Source: Octopus bimaculoides
Lineage: Eukaryota
Assembly: GCF_001194135.2 (NCBI RefSeq)
Contig: NC_068993.1
Coordinates: 49,736,915-49,800,914 of the forward strand
Direction: 5' to 3'
Length of the DNA stretch: 64,000 nt
In this document: in pieces, positions 13,462-27,223 of the stretch
Numbering within the stretch: position 1 is the stretch's first letter
Layout: every line of letters begins with the position of its first letter
The notes under the pieces: model-generated
Databases searched by the model: none
Told to the model about the DNA's origin: nothing
Seen by the model: the letters and a program-made list of their open reading frames with translations, nothing else
Translations under genes and position numbers: made by a program

Positions 13462-15021
13462 TTTTGTGTATATAAATATTTATGTACATGCATCTGTGTG
13501 TATATATATGTATATACATGTCTATATATATAATTATTTGTGTACATACTATATATGTGTGAGTGTGTGCTTATATGCATGTATGCATATGTACATTTAT
13601 ATATAGCTATGCATATGTGTGTATACATATATTTATGTGCATATATTTATAAATATATAACTTCATATTTATATACATACACATATATGCATAATATATA
13701 TATATATATACACTCATGCATATGTATATATGTGTGTGAGTGTGCATTAGTGTGTGTATGTGTATATGTATTTATACATCTGTATGTATGTACATTTACA
13801 TACAGCTACATACACTTTGCCCCCCCCCTCTCTCCCCTGGTTTCCTCCCTCTTTTACTCACATGCACAAACTTTTGATGTCTGAATATAAGCTTCTCTGT
13901 ATTTGTGAAAATTATAATTATGTGTTGGTTGTGGGCAAGTTAATTAATTCTCTGATGTTTGATATCTTACCATTGTGATAATTATTGTTTTTATTTATGT
14001 TTACAAACTGAATGAATAAATAAATAAATAAATTTATCGACCTATTGTCCATTATTTCAAAAATAGTTATTACAATATTAATATGTTTTCTTAATGAATT
14101 AGGCAAACGAGCTATATACAGTTAAGTGGAGTTACCAGCTGAGCACCCATAAAATATGAAATCAAATATGACTATTTTGATTTTCAATTTCATAATTACA
14201 TTTTTACATTTACCTTTTTTCCTTCCTATTTATTAATACTAGTTGAATATATGTACTATAAATATACAAATTCATATCAATACAATTTATAATATCGTTT
14301 TTGAAAAATGGTGGAATGCAAAATAAAAATATGTTATTGTCTATAAAATAAATTTTCCGATTCAATTAAATAGCTGTTATTATAGTTTCTAATTTATACA
14401 TACCTATATAGATACTGTTTGAAGTTTGTTCTCTCAATTATTTTAATTTAAATATCATTTATTTATTTAAAAAGTATTTTTTGTTGTTACTAATATTATT
14501 ATTATTATTATTATTGGTATTGTATATGGTCTTTCATCTGACCTTCACCCCTCTCTTCCTGAAAAAAGACATCCAAGAGGACATGTTTAAAATGCATTAA
14601 TTAATTAAATTTGTGAAATTTTGTTCAATGCAACGGTTGCAGATACAGTGAATAATGTGCCAATCTATTGCCAATGAGTGCATATGTTATGCATCAGTTG
14701 ACATATGTTGTAAGTGCTTCCATGTTGCACCAAGTGACATGGATTTTGAATGCTCATATAGTGCAGTAGTGCCGTTGACATATTCTGTTGACAACTAGCT
14801 ATCTGGCTTCCTCTTTCATATATACTGACACATGTGGACTTATGGATTTTCTCTATGCCCCATATACATATGAATGGAGGATTGGTAAACACTGACAAAT
14901 GTCAGTTAAATTAACTGAGATAAATATACAAACACCAATTGTCATGTATCCACTTTGGCAGCTTTACTTCACTTCACATTTATTCAGAAATTAACAAACA
15001 TCATATATCTTAGGTCTGTAC

Positions 15022-15174
15022 CTTGAGAATTTTCTCCTAGGCTCAACTTGGATTGTTCTATACTGCAACTCTGAGAATGGCATGATAGAATTAGAATTGG
15101 TGTTTGATGATTGATTGTTGGACTAGGATTATCAGGATTCTCCATCCTGTTTTTAAATCCCTGCTTTACTGCTT
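15022..15174 (-). other. Candidate exon containing ATG (MENPDNPSPTINHQ...)
   Basis: Acceptor TTCTATTTAG| at 15175, aggATGg at 15145, donor AAG|GTACAG at 15021. Confidence 0.2.
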
Positions 15175-16354
15175 CTAAATAGAACATGCGCAGAGGAGAA
15201 TTTTAAAACTATCATGACAATTGCTACATAATCTATCTCTGTCAATTTATGTTAGTCCTTTTAAGTTTAAAGAGCTCATGCATCTGGTACTTGAAGATCA
15301 ATTAGGCCAGTCTTTGAGTATGTATCATTTGGTGACAGACAAAATGATAAACAGGTGTTTTAGTTAGATAGAACCAATGGATCTATGGTATGGAGTAGTT
15401 AAAGTTGCTTGTCATGTCACAGAAGAATTCAGGCTGTTGAATCTAACTGGAAGATACAATGGTAAACTTTCTGAATTTACTCTTATCCATTGGTAGTTGG
15501 TAAGCAGTCTCTCTCTCTCTCTCCCCTCCCTCTCTTCTATTCTCTCTCACTCCCTGTCTCCCTATTCTTTCTTTCTCTCTCTCTCCACACACACACTTCA
15601 CTTCACAAACAAATGAGGGATTCTCTACATAGGCTTTCCACATGCATGCTAGAAATAATAACTAAACCTCTCTCAGATCACATTCTATTGTCTTAAATAA
15701 GGATAATACAACAGCTGGAACCCCTTGGATTATAGGCCCATTTTATCAGGGGTGTCTTGGGATCTAATCCACATCAATACTACATATGCACTTCCTCACA
15801 CAAACACATACACACATGCACATATATTGATTGGCACTGCATTGCATGTGCATTAATAATACTGATGGTCAACTGTTGTATTTTATTGAGCTTTTAGTAA
15901 TTTTTAATTATACGATTGAAGTAAGTTTGGGTGATCTTTATAGTGAAACTGTGGTCAAAATGTGAGGTAGTTAACTCCTATATAATAAGAATATTCATAA
16001 ATCATAAACTGTTATCTCTTGAGATATGTGTGTGTGAGGGAGTAGACATAAGATATTTTTATGCTAAGAGAATCACACTACAAGTTAAATCTTTTATCTT
16101 TTGTTTCAATTATTGGATTGGATTGCAGCCATAGTGAGGCATTGCCTTAAAGGATTTTAGTCAGACACAAATTGACTCTAGTACTACTTTTTAAAGCCTA
16201 ATACTTATCCTATTAGATTCTTTGGCTGAACTGCTAAGCTATGAGAACATAAACAAACCAACACCAGTGGTGGGCAAATATAAAGACAAAGACATGCACA
16301 CGCACACACACACACACACACACGCATACACACACACTCACGAGATGAACTTCT

Positions 16355-16488
16355 TCCACTTTCTGTCTACCAAACCCATTCACAAGGTTTTGGTTGGCTC
16401 AGAGTTCCAAGTTGCCATGCAGTGAGACTGAACCTAATACCATGTGATTGAGAAGCAAACTTCTTCCCACACAGTCATGCTTGCATCT
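16355..16488 (-). mobile_element. tRNA-derived SINE family B, 5' part, decayed
   Basis: Homologous to the heads of copies at 51398 and 54404 (GACTGTGTGG...GGTTCAGTC...TTGGTAGACAGAAA). Confidence 0.75.
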
Positions 16489-17429
16489 ATATGGGTTTTT
16501 TTGCTCTCTTTTCAACATAGTTGATAACAGTTCTAAATGAAACATATAAAACAAACCTATGTTTGTATGATAAAGATTTTAGTCTTTGATGATCCATTAA
16601 ACAAAGATCTAGAGTGATATGTGTTGCTTTCTTTTCAGCTATTTCTAGTGTCTTCTGACAATCAAAGCAGCCATCATAGTCAATAGAATTGGTAGGCTAC
16701 TGACATTCTTTATCAACACAAATCAGATGGAAAATATAAACAGAAAAAGATGTTGCATTGGTGCATTGGAAAAGCATTTGTATCTATTCTTTATGGCACA
16801 ACATTGTAAACTTATTTTATTGCCATGATGAAATGTGTTCCGCCCATTACCGTCTTACTTCAGACAATGACTTTATTATCCTCTGTATCCCTTACTTTAT
16901 AACTGTGTGATTTGAGGTAAATTAGCTGGTATTTCTAGCAAGCCAAGTGACTATGCAGTCACATTGTTGGCTTGTTTACATAACATGAGTGTGTGTGAAT
17001 ATGATTTTTGTAAATATAGAATGTAGAGTTTTAAACACAAAAATAATTTACTGTCAGCTGACATAATCTTTGGTTTAAGCGTTCTTAGGATTTCCATTTT
17101 ATATATATATCAGATGTTGAGCTTAATAAAATTACTGTTGACCAGTTTCTATAAAGAGTAACTAAACTTTTCTTATTATCAAGCAAAAGATGATCCTTTC
17201 CCTACCTAACGCTCTCTCGCTCTCTCTCTCTCTCTGTCTCTCTCTTTCAATTAAATAGTCAGTCCCTCATTGTATATAGAGTGACTATTTATTTATTAGC
17301 CAACTCTGATAACTCAACTGTATGTGTTACATACAGCCGTGAAACCTTTCTTCAGTCACATCCTATTATCCAAAACACAAAAGGATACATTGAATTAGAT
17401 AACCATAGATTCACTATATCCATAAAAAA

Positions 17430-17560
17430 AGACTTGTAGTGGCGCAAAATTATAGCCGCCATTGAAGAAGTACTATTCTGCGCATGCGCAGGGGACTTCA
17501 CCACCGGAAGCCCCTCGAGTTGCGCATGCGTAGTGAAACTCGTACTTAAGCAGTTCTGGG
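17430..17560. promoter_or_regulatory. Putative bidirectional housekeeping-type core promoter
   Basis: TGCGCATGCGCA (17479-17490) and TGCGCATGCG (17521-17530), NRF1/EWG-type; ACCGGAAG (17503-17510), ETS-type; GCCGCCATT (17455-17463), YY1-type; local CpG cluster. Confidence 0.65.
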
Positions 17561-18458
17561 TTAGTTGAGCAGAGACCTTCTATGTAACAACACCTTGCTC
17601 CTCCACGAAGCACTTTTACACTGTTCTCTGGCAGGCATCAAGGAAGCCCTTAAACTTCCAATACCAACTACAACTTAATCAGCGCCTGCTAAGCTGAATG
17701 ACAGGAATTGTGAAACCAAGCATCATCATAAATAAACCTTTTTATTACGTTGTTAATTGTTCTGATGTCTCTTCATTCATAATGCTGTTGAAAGGTGACT
17801 AAAGTCCACACAACGTCTATGACAACTATCCAAACTATTACAGACTAAACGATTATTTTTTCCAGCTAGAATACATTTGATCATAGGTCTGCTGGACTGG
17901 AATGTCTAGGCACTAAACAACATCTACAAGTGGACATCTATTCTCTGAACGTTTAAAGATTGTTTCTATAATTAAACTATTGGAATATGTTGTTAGTCCT
18001 CCTCTGTAGAGTAAGAATGTCTATCATTTATATATCTTAGACAGGCAACTGGTTTTATTTTTTCCCACTCTTCACTCAACTACACACACACACACATGTA
18101 CGCATGCGCACATGCACAATAGATTCACCTTGGGGGCACTTAACTATGTTCAAAGAGGCGCAGCCTCCACCTCCATAAATATCACAGATCAATGCTGTCT
18201 AAATGTACATGGAGTCTTTGATTCACGTGAGAGGGACACACACACACACACACGCGGGTGAACACTGGTTTCTGTTTAGTTTGATGCTGGCTGATAGCTA
18301 GAATGGCTACTAATGTCCAAATACAGTATATTGTATTATGTAATCTATATGAAATCAGTAAGACAGAGGACTATAAGTAACTGAGATTAAAGAGATGGTA
18401 AGATATATATCAGAAAAGAACAATGGTAAACATCACATCATACACTCATGAACTGCCA

Positions 18459-18489
<31 letters not shown>

Positions 18490-18786
18490 TTCTCTATTGT
18501 ACACTACACATCCTGTATCCCACCTTGTCCTCTCAGATAAGCTCTACTCTATATCTCCTGCTTACACAAACAATATCTATCTTATTATTACATGTTCTCT
18601 TACATATCCACAGACTACCTAATCACTGATAGTAAAAGTGTCACACACACACACATATGACAATAAAGATAAGTCTCACTATAAGCACAAAAAATTTGTA
18701 TATGTACTGCGACACGTATGTATACAAACATATAACTACCACCTTAGCAACAATCACATTTCTCTCTCTCTCACACCCACACACAC

Positions 18787-18829
<43 letters not shown>

Positions 18830-21714
18830 GCTACCTTATGTAACATTGCACACTCTTTGTTACTACCGTAAACCTACTATTCATAATTTCAATTCATTAC
18901 ATTATTGTTTGGTAGTCTGTTCTTTCGTTCTTTCTTTTCTTTCTTTGAAAATGTCTCGCTGTATCTGAATGTCAAAAACAATGGAAAGAAAAAAGAAACC
19001 AAAAAAACAAACTTGAACAACACTCAACAAAGCAAAGCAAAAACAAAACAAAAACAATGCAACTTACTAAACAGTTGAGACATACGAACAGTCTGCCATT
19101 TTTTGACATAATTAAATTAAATTTCAATAGTTTGTAACTCCAAATTGAAACCAATGAAGTGTGCTGATGTGCTATTTTTTATGACCGAACCATGTATATT
19201 TTTTTCCCTTTTTTCTCATCATCATCATCATTATTATTATTAATGATAATAATAATAATAATCAAAATCCCCTCAATGCAAGTTGGTGAAAAATACATCA
19301 TTTTGATGGTAGTCAAAGATTAAGACGTGAATATTTTCAACATAGCTATCTTTGGATGACGATAAACTGAGAGTGCTCTCTCTCTTTTAAAAAGAAGTGC
19401 TGCCGAGAAGGAGGGGGTGGGGAAAAAAGTCTAATTTTGGATTTTGTTATATTTGATGTTTGATACCAGTATAATTTCTTACTTGGTATGATGGTATCAT
19501 TTGTTCCAAAGTGAGAATCTATTTTATATTTAGATTAGAAGCTGGTAATTTGATTATCAAACCATTCGGTTTTGAGGAATTATTGATTTATTCAGAATAA
19601 TAACATTTTCACTGGCTTCCTCCATCTTGATTTTATTGTTGCAGTTTTTCCTTATTTTTGTATCCATTTTATTTGTGCCTGCGTGCATGTGCGCATGTGA
19701 ACATATGTGCGTGCATGTGTGTATATGTGCTTTTGTATGTATGTATGTATGCATGTGCTTTTTCTTTTCATTTTCAAATCTAAATTTGAATATCTAACAA
19801 GCACAAAATGTCAAAAGTTTGAATTATTTTAAAATTCTACTACTACTACTACTACTACTACTACTGTTTAATGTTATTAAATTTTATATTTTGTTTCAAA
19901 GGACATTTTAATTAATACCATAAGTTGTTATTCCAGATTGAGTGCGCATATGTGTGTGTGTGTACATATATGCATCAGTGTGTAAATGCTTGTGTGTGTA
20001 ATTACTCATTCACGTTAATTAAAACTCTATATAATACATTTTTTAGTTTGAAAAATGTATTTTACGCTGAAGAGAATAAGCTCTTTTCTCAACAGAAAGA
20101 TCTCATATTGGCTGGTCCCCAGTATTTGTCATGAAAATCTTTGTTTAACCTTTATACTGGTGATATGGGATTTCAATTTTCTTATGCTACCATATCATGA
20201 TTCTTTCTCCCCCACCCCACCCCTTTCTGGAATTTAACAATAGTTTATCTGTAGAATATAGTGAATTGTACTGAATGAACTATTTGCTGTTATGAATTCT
20301 GAGTCCAAACCTCCCCTCTCCACTAGGTTTCACTTTGTTTTTCAATCAATGAAAATGAGTACTGGCCATGTATTGTGGATTAATTTAATCAACTTTACTC
20401 CTCTCATACAAATATGCGCTTTTGGCCTTGTGTCATAGCTTCAGATCATTGTTACCGTGACCTTGTGTTACAACAGGAGAATACCATTATTATTGTTACT
20501 GGTAATTATTACTATTACTGGGCAGAATCAATAGAGCATTAAAAAATGCCTTACAGTGTTAGGTTATTACACTTCTGATTCAAATCACCAGGAATTACTG
20601 TTTGCCTTTCATTTCAGGATTGATAAAAAAAAAAAAAAGAACATGGTAATCAAATACTGGGATCAATGTAATCATCTGTCCCCTTCCCACAAAATTTTGA
20701 TTTCTTGTTTATTATTGTTGTTGGGGTTGTTGAGTCAAAGAATTTTGGATTGAATTGTAGTACTGAAGTGAATGGCCAAGTGTTGGACTGAATGATTGGA
20801 TTAAATGGTAGTGTTGGACTGAATATCTCTTGCTATTTACTCTCATCCAGTGATGTTCCCTTAGACCAATTTTGTCATTGATTCATTCAGAATCGATAAC
20901 AGTACTGGTGAGGGTTCAATCAGCTGTGTTTCTCTGTAAATTCATGGCCTTGTGCCTATATAGGAAATCCTTATTGTAATAAATAATGCTCTATTAAAGA
21001 TTCAACTGAGCATCTGTAGACTTGACATGTTGTGTAATAACAATCTGTAAGGAGGGGATCTTTCTTTATATCCGTAAGGGGATCTTTTTTTATATCCATA
21101 AGGGGATCTTTCTTAGGCAGTCTATTTAGAGAAGTCAGTTTACACCCATGTGTTTCTCAGTTTATTCGCACTTTACAGGACCCTGACAAGTGTCTTGGGT
21201 TGATCAAACTTCATGAGTGTAATTTGCCGCAGGGAAACTGCAGAAACCTATCTTAGCATTTATGTACATAGATATGGAATCAATTAGTGCTTTGGATAAA
21301 AATACCTTGTGTTTCATTTCAATCATTTATGTTTCTTTATACCTTTTATGGCTTTGCTTTTCTTTCTTTATGAGATTGATAAAATAAGTGCCATACAAAA
21401 TACTGGGGTCATTAATTCAACTAAAACCTTTAAGTTGGTACTCTTGTACAGCCCAATCCAATAACTGAAACCAATAATGGTACTCGTAGTCAAGCTATAT
21501 AACTATTCTAACACACCATGACCTATTGAAGGCCAACACTATAAGCATATATCTTTTGACACTGTAATCATTGAAATGTTTTACACAACACTAATTACAG
21601 TAATGGGTGTGTCTACATACACTTTTGTTCATCTTTTAGAAATAGCAAACAACTCTCCCTCAAACCATGCAGTCTAATGTCTTTAAAAAAAAAACCATAT
21701 GAGCATATTGGTTA

Positions 21715-21835
21715 TTCATTCAGTGTCTGTTTTCCATGCTGGCATGGTCTCGATAGTTTGACAGGAGCTGCCTAGGCTCCAATTGTCTGCTTTGGCACAG
21801 TTTCTATGACTGAATGCCCTTCCTAGCATCAAGTA
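21715..21835 (-). mobile_element. Old RTE-like LINE/SINE 3' tail fragment
   Basis: TTTCCATGCTGGCATGG...TTTCTATGACTGAATGCCCTTCCTA matches the younger copies. Confidence 0.6.
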
Positions 21836-24800
21836 ATGTAGTCTTAGCTATGTCTGAAAAAGAAAAATGCAATGATGGATATGATCAAGGTTTATTGGGA
21901 CCTAAACAGCCTCAACAGCATCGAAAAATATATAGCATTAATAATCTCAGATATTTATATTGACTTTTCTAGTGGATTCCAGTATTATACCATAAATCTG
22001 TTACATGCTCTCCACTTAGTCTTAGCTGATGATGATAATAATCTAACTGCTGTTATAAAATATATGTTGTTCTCTGATGACAGTTCTAACCTGTTGTCAA
22101 CATTGACAACTGGACCAACTGAACTAACTCAGTCTGCCTGTTTTCACATTCTGCATCGTTTTATTTCCTTATCCAGTCTCCAGTGAGTTATCTTTGTTTA
22201 GCAGTGAGTTATCTTTGTTTACATGCAATAATATTGTTATAGTTTGTATGTTTGCTTATTTATTGACATGTGATAAATAACATTCTCTTGCTATGCTGTT
22301 TCTGAACTCCCATTCGTTGTTACTGACAATAAAACCTAAACTGCTTACATTCTTTTATTTCCTCTTTATTTTTTTTTTGTTTTTTCACTTTCTTTTTTAC
22401 TAGTCAACATGGTTGTTTTTGTAATTTAATTTTGTTTTCTATTGACAAAAACACTGCTCTCAATCAGATAATGTGTAACTAACAAACTGATGTTTCATGT
22501 CAGTGTCTTTCTGTTTGCTTAGTTCATTATACTCTGAACTCCATGATACATAATAAAGACAACTGACTCCATATTCTTGACTTTCTGGAATATATTTTAT
22601 TTTCAAGAGGAAGAGAATGTCTTTGTAGGTTATTTAAGATTGCATAATCATCTCTTAGTAACACACACACACACACATATAAATACGTATATGCATATAT
22701 TAAAGATAGTATTTCATGATTTCTAACACCACTTTATGCCTATCATTGTTGAATATGTACTCTCTATGCTGTGTATAAAGACTGCTGATTTACTATCAGC
22801 ATATTGAGCCCGTCAACTGTGGTTCCATATCACTCTAAACCATTACCATACTGTACATTGTATATATTGCGGTGGTATACAACTTGTGTCATATACATGT
22901 TCCTGGTGTGCCTCTTACTGGTTCTATGTGTGTGTGTGTGTGTATCTGTGTCTTACTGTCTGTGTGCCTTTTATGACTCTACACGACTACGTTCTCCTTG
23001 CAGTTAGCTTTGCTTTTTACATACATTCTCATAGAAATTGACAGAAATTGTCTGTAATTGCATTATTGAGGAAATAATCGTTATGATGCTGGTTCTGTTC
23101 ATTTCAGTCATGCCTTGCATGACAGCATTGGCAACGTCTTGGCAAGACCGAACAACACAAAGCACTTCTTCTGCTGGGTCAGGCTCTGTGATTAACTGCC
23201 CTACCCACTTTTTCCTATTACACTATTTAATTTGAGGAGTGGGGTGCTTAGGTGGCATCCCTTATAGATATTCAAGTCAGCAAACAGCTGCATGTAAAGT
23301 GCAATCATGCATATTAGAACCGTCTCTCTTACGCTTACTATTCACTTGTTATCTTGAAAATTAAATAAAATGAATAATAATAAAAACAAACAGGATGAAG
23401 TGGTGGTGGGGAGAGTGTAGTATGGTAATAAGGAATGTATTTTCAGAACCACAGCCAGCAATTTATGGTAGACCCTAGTTGCTGGTTTGTTGTAGACTCC
23501 TCTGCCTCTAGGGATTAGCTTTATTTCTCTGTAAGAAAAGAAAGGAAGTGTACACTATGGTTACTTAAGTTATAGTATTATCATGCCTATCCTTTTAGCT
23601 ACGAATTATGCGACAGAAATTATATTTGTATTTTATTGGCATATTTCATATCTGTATAAATATATGCATATATGAAGAAGTGTGTGAATATGTGTTAATA
23701 TATGCATGGCAGTGTGTAGATACATGAATATATGTAAATAAGTCTATATGAGTATAAGGTACAAGTGCTTAATGTGTGTGTGTGTGTTAAAATTGCTGTC
23801 TCTGCTTCATTTAGTATTCATCAGTGCTGGGAGATGTTGTGGGGCATGCTTCTAAAATCTAACATTGAGATTGTGAGTTGCGCTTCCTTTTGCTCTATAC
23901 TATATACCTGCTCTCTACTGCTCCTTCTCTTCCCCCCTTATCCCAGCATTTATCATCATTGCCATTCCAGCAGCTATCTCTGTCCTAGCCAAGCAACTAA
24001 CCAAAAATGAGCCAATGATGATCTTTTTTGCAAGGTTTCCTGCCTTTTTTAGACAGACATAACAGCTAGATCTGTTTCAAATCAAATCCTATTGTATTAA
24101 ATAAAGACAGGTGCATTGCACAAACTATACTCTGAAATTTAAAAGAATGTTATGGTTCTGGTTGAAACATTCTTGATTATAGATTCGCTTGATTAGATAT
24201 GACCTGTGGTTAAATACCAAGAACTATCTAAAGACATTACTTGTTATCATTCAATAATCACTTACTTTACCCATGTATTCCTGACCTCAACTTTACAAAG
24301 GTTTTTTTTCCAGATAGACTTCTGACTTATTTCACACTATAACGTAGTTTCAGATTCCATCATTAAAAAAAAAATTATTGTAAAAGGAAAATATTCTTAG
24401 CTATGAATGCTACCAACCTTCATATTTATGCTTGAAATAGTTTTAAAAAAGTCTTAAAACCTAAAGAAGCTGTAACTATTGCTTTTAGTTTAGAAATATC
24501 GAGTTGTCAGTTATAGCAGTGTTGTTTTGATTTCCTACAATGAGGACATGGTTATTATTGCTTAAATCTATTTAACACTGCTATGACAATAAAGTCTGCT
24601 GCTTTGGATTCACATAAGCCACATTCTTGGCATTATTCTTCATAAATATACAATTCCAATCTTCCATTAATTGTAGAAATGTCTTGTAGATTGAATAATA
24701 ATAAAGACAACAAGAAAAGAAAAAAAGAGAGATTTTCATTCTCGTAAAATATTGTTGTTGGTGCAAGGAAGAGGTTTCACCTATTTCAGTCACTGCATGT

Positions 24801-25099
24801 GTGTCTGCTTAGAATCTTTATTATTTAGCTGTCACCTAAACAATTTGTTCTCTTTAGTTGATGTCTTGTATTATTTTGCCTTCTACCGAGAGGACATAAT
24901 TGAAACATCAAAGAAAATTTGAAACTCAAATTTTTAATTTAATATAGACATACATGTGTGCATGCACTCTCATTCTCTCTCTCCCTTCTCTCTCTTCCCC
25001 CCTCTCTCTTCCCCCTCTCTCTCTTCCCCTTCTCTTTATCTTCCCCCTCTCTCTCTCGCACACACACACACACACTATAATCAATATTTTTAGTCATTA

Positions 25100-25337
25100 T
25101 TATTTCTTTATTGCTCACAAGGGGCTAATAAACATAGAGGGGACAAACAAGGACAGACAAAGGGATTAAGTCGATTACATCAACCCCAGTGTGTAACTGG
25201 TACATAATTTATTGACCGCGAAAGGATGAAAGGCAAAGCCAACCTTGGCGGAATTTGAACTCAGAACATAATGGCAGACGAAATACCGCTAAGCATTTTG
25301 CCTGGCATGCTAACATTTCTGCGAGCTTGCTGCTTTT
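25100..25337 (-). mobile_element. tRNA-derived SINE family A
   Basis: Reverse strand carries the head (AAGCAGCAAGCTCGCAGAA), B-box-like GAGTTCAAATTCC and central GGTTGGCTTTGCCTTTCATCCTTTCG. Confidence 0.85.
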
Positions 25338-25357
25338 AGTCCTTATTATTATTAAGG

Positions 25358-25560
25358 CAAAAGCAGTGAGTTGGCAGAATCATTAGCATGCTGAGCTAAA
25401 TGCTTAGCAGTATTTCATCCATCTTTACATTCTGAGTTCAAATTCCACCAAGGTCGTCTTTGCCTTTCATCCATTCGAGGTTGATAAATTAAGTACCAGT
25501 GAAACATTGGGGTCGATGTAATCAACTAGTTCCCCCCCCCCCTCCTGTAAAATTTTAAGC
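25358..25560 (+). mobile_element. tRNA-derived SINE family A
   Basis: GCAGTGAGTTGGCAGAATCATTAGC...GAGTTCAAATTCC...TTTGCCTTTCATCC...AAGTACCAGT. Confidence 0.85.
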
Positions 25561-25561
25561 C

Positions 25562-25811
25562 AAGGCAATGAGCTGGCAGAATCATTAGAAAAAAACCAGA
25601 CAGAATGCTTAGCAGCATTTCATCTATCTCTACATTCCGAGTTCAAAGTCCATCAAGGTTGATTTTGCCCTTCACCCTCTGGTGGGGTCAATAAAATAAG
25701 CACCAGTTGTGCACTGGGGTTAATTTTATCAACTAACTTCCTCCCCTCAAAATTTCAGACCTTGAGCCTATAGTAGAAAAGATTATTATTATGATTATTA
25801 TTATTATTATT
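25562..25811 (+). mobile_element. tRNA-derived SINE family A with (TAT)n tail
   Basis: Same head and core, ends CTATAGTAGAAAAG(ATT)n. Confidence 0.85.
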
Positions 25812-25980
25812 GAGGCATGGAGCTGGTAATATTGTTTAACATGTTAGACAGACTACTATGCAATATTTCTTTGTGCTCTTTATGTTTTGTGTTCATAACT
25901 CACAAGGGCTGACTTTGTTCCCATCCTTTTAGGGGTTGATAAAATGAGTACCAGTTGAGTAATGAGGTCAACCAGTTGAG
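25812..25980 (+). mobile_element. SINE family A, strongly decayed
   Basis: Core GACTTTGTTCCCATCCTTTTAGGGGTTGATAAAATGAGTACCAGT still recognisable. Confidence 0.6.
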
Positions 25981-27223
25981 CAATTATTATTATTTGTAGT
26001 AGTATTTTGTGTCTATATCAACTGTCATCTCATTTTGTATTTTTTTACACAAGCTTGGACTTTCTCTTGTGTTATTTTTTAAATCATTCAAACATCAAAG
26101 GGAATCCAGTAATGAGCAAATCAGCCAGTGACTTGTGATCTGGACTGTTCTCAAGCCACAGAAAAGGGGTTTCACATTATGCTGCCTTTTTGGTGTTTAG
26201 TGTATCTGGTCGGATCAAAACCAGCACAGAGTTAATAAAGACATTTCCACTTTCTCCATGTTAAATTTGAGCCCCTTCATACATTTCTGCTGGTTACAAC
26301 TATATACCTAGCTCTGGTGGAACGTTTACCAATTTTTCCTTACACAGTTATATGTGTATCTATTCTTTGGAAACCTCAACATGAATGGTGGTTATGACAC
26401 AACATTTTCTCATTACTAATCTTTAGTGATAGCAATAAACTAAGATAGGACTTTGTATTTTTAATGCAGTTATAAGCTGAACTCCAGTTTATCAGTATTT
26501 TTTTATACTCTTAATAGAAATATATTTAAAGTAGTGATATTTTTGCTTAGTATTTGGGTTCTTTTATGGTTATTATTTATTTATTTTGCTTATATGTTAT
26601 TTAAAAATAACTCTCATATGTATTTATATTGTTCTTGTTATGGGTGGCAATTATTAAGCTGTTCTTTTAGAAGTACTCAAAATCTTTGGAGATGTAGAAA
26701 AAGAAATGCTTACTATTATTGAACCCTATTAATTCCTTACCGTTTTGAATTGAAAGAATTTTAATTTTCAACCAGTAAAAATGATGATTCTCAAAGTTGA
26801 AAATTAAAAACTTCATGCTGTAAATATATTCACAGGTTTTAGTTTCTAAACATTGCTTTTTGTTTCAATTTTTAATTTTTAAATTTCAAAAATTCAATAA
26901 ATAAAACGATAAATAAATAAAAAGAAATAATAATAAAGAAAATTCCTGGGTGGGGTCAAAATAGTGACATGCCTGACAGAATTATACAGCAGCAGCAGAT
27001 GTTTGGAACTTGGTTCATGGTACACAGACCTCAGAATTCCTTATTTCTTGACTCGGAAATAAGCTGTAATTAGTTCAGCTGTGTGCATATTCATTGAGAA
27101 ATGCATTTTGGAAATCAATGCAATTTTCCTACATTGTTGCTTGTGTAGCTGTTTTTTTTTTTTGTTATGTTGCTGTTGTTAAGTTGTTGTTGTTGTGTCT
27201 CTATGCAACTGTATCGTTAACAG

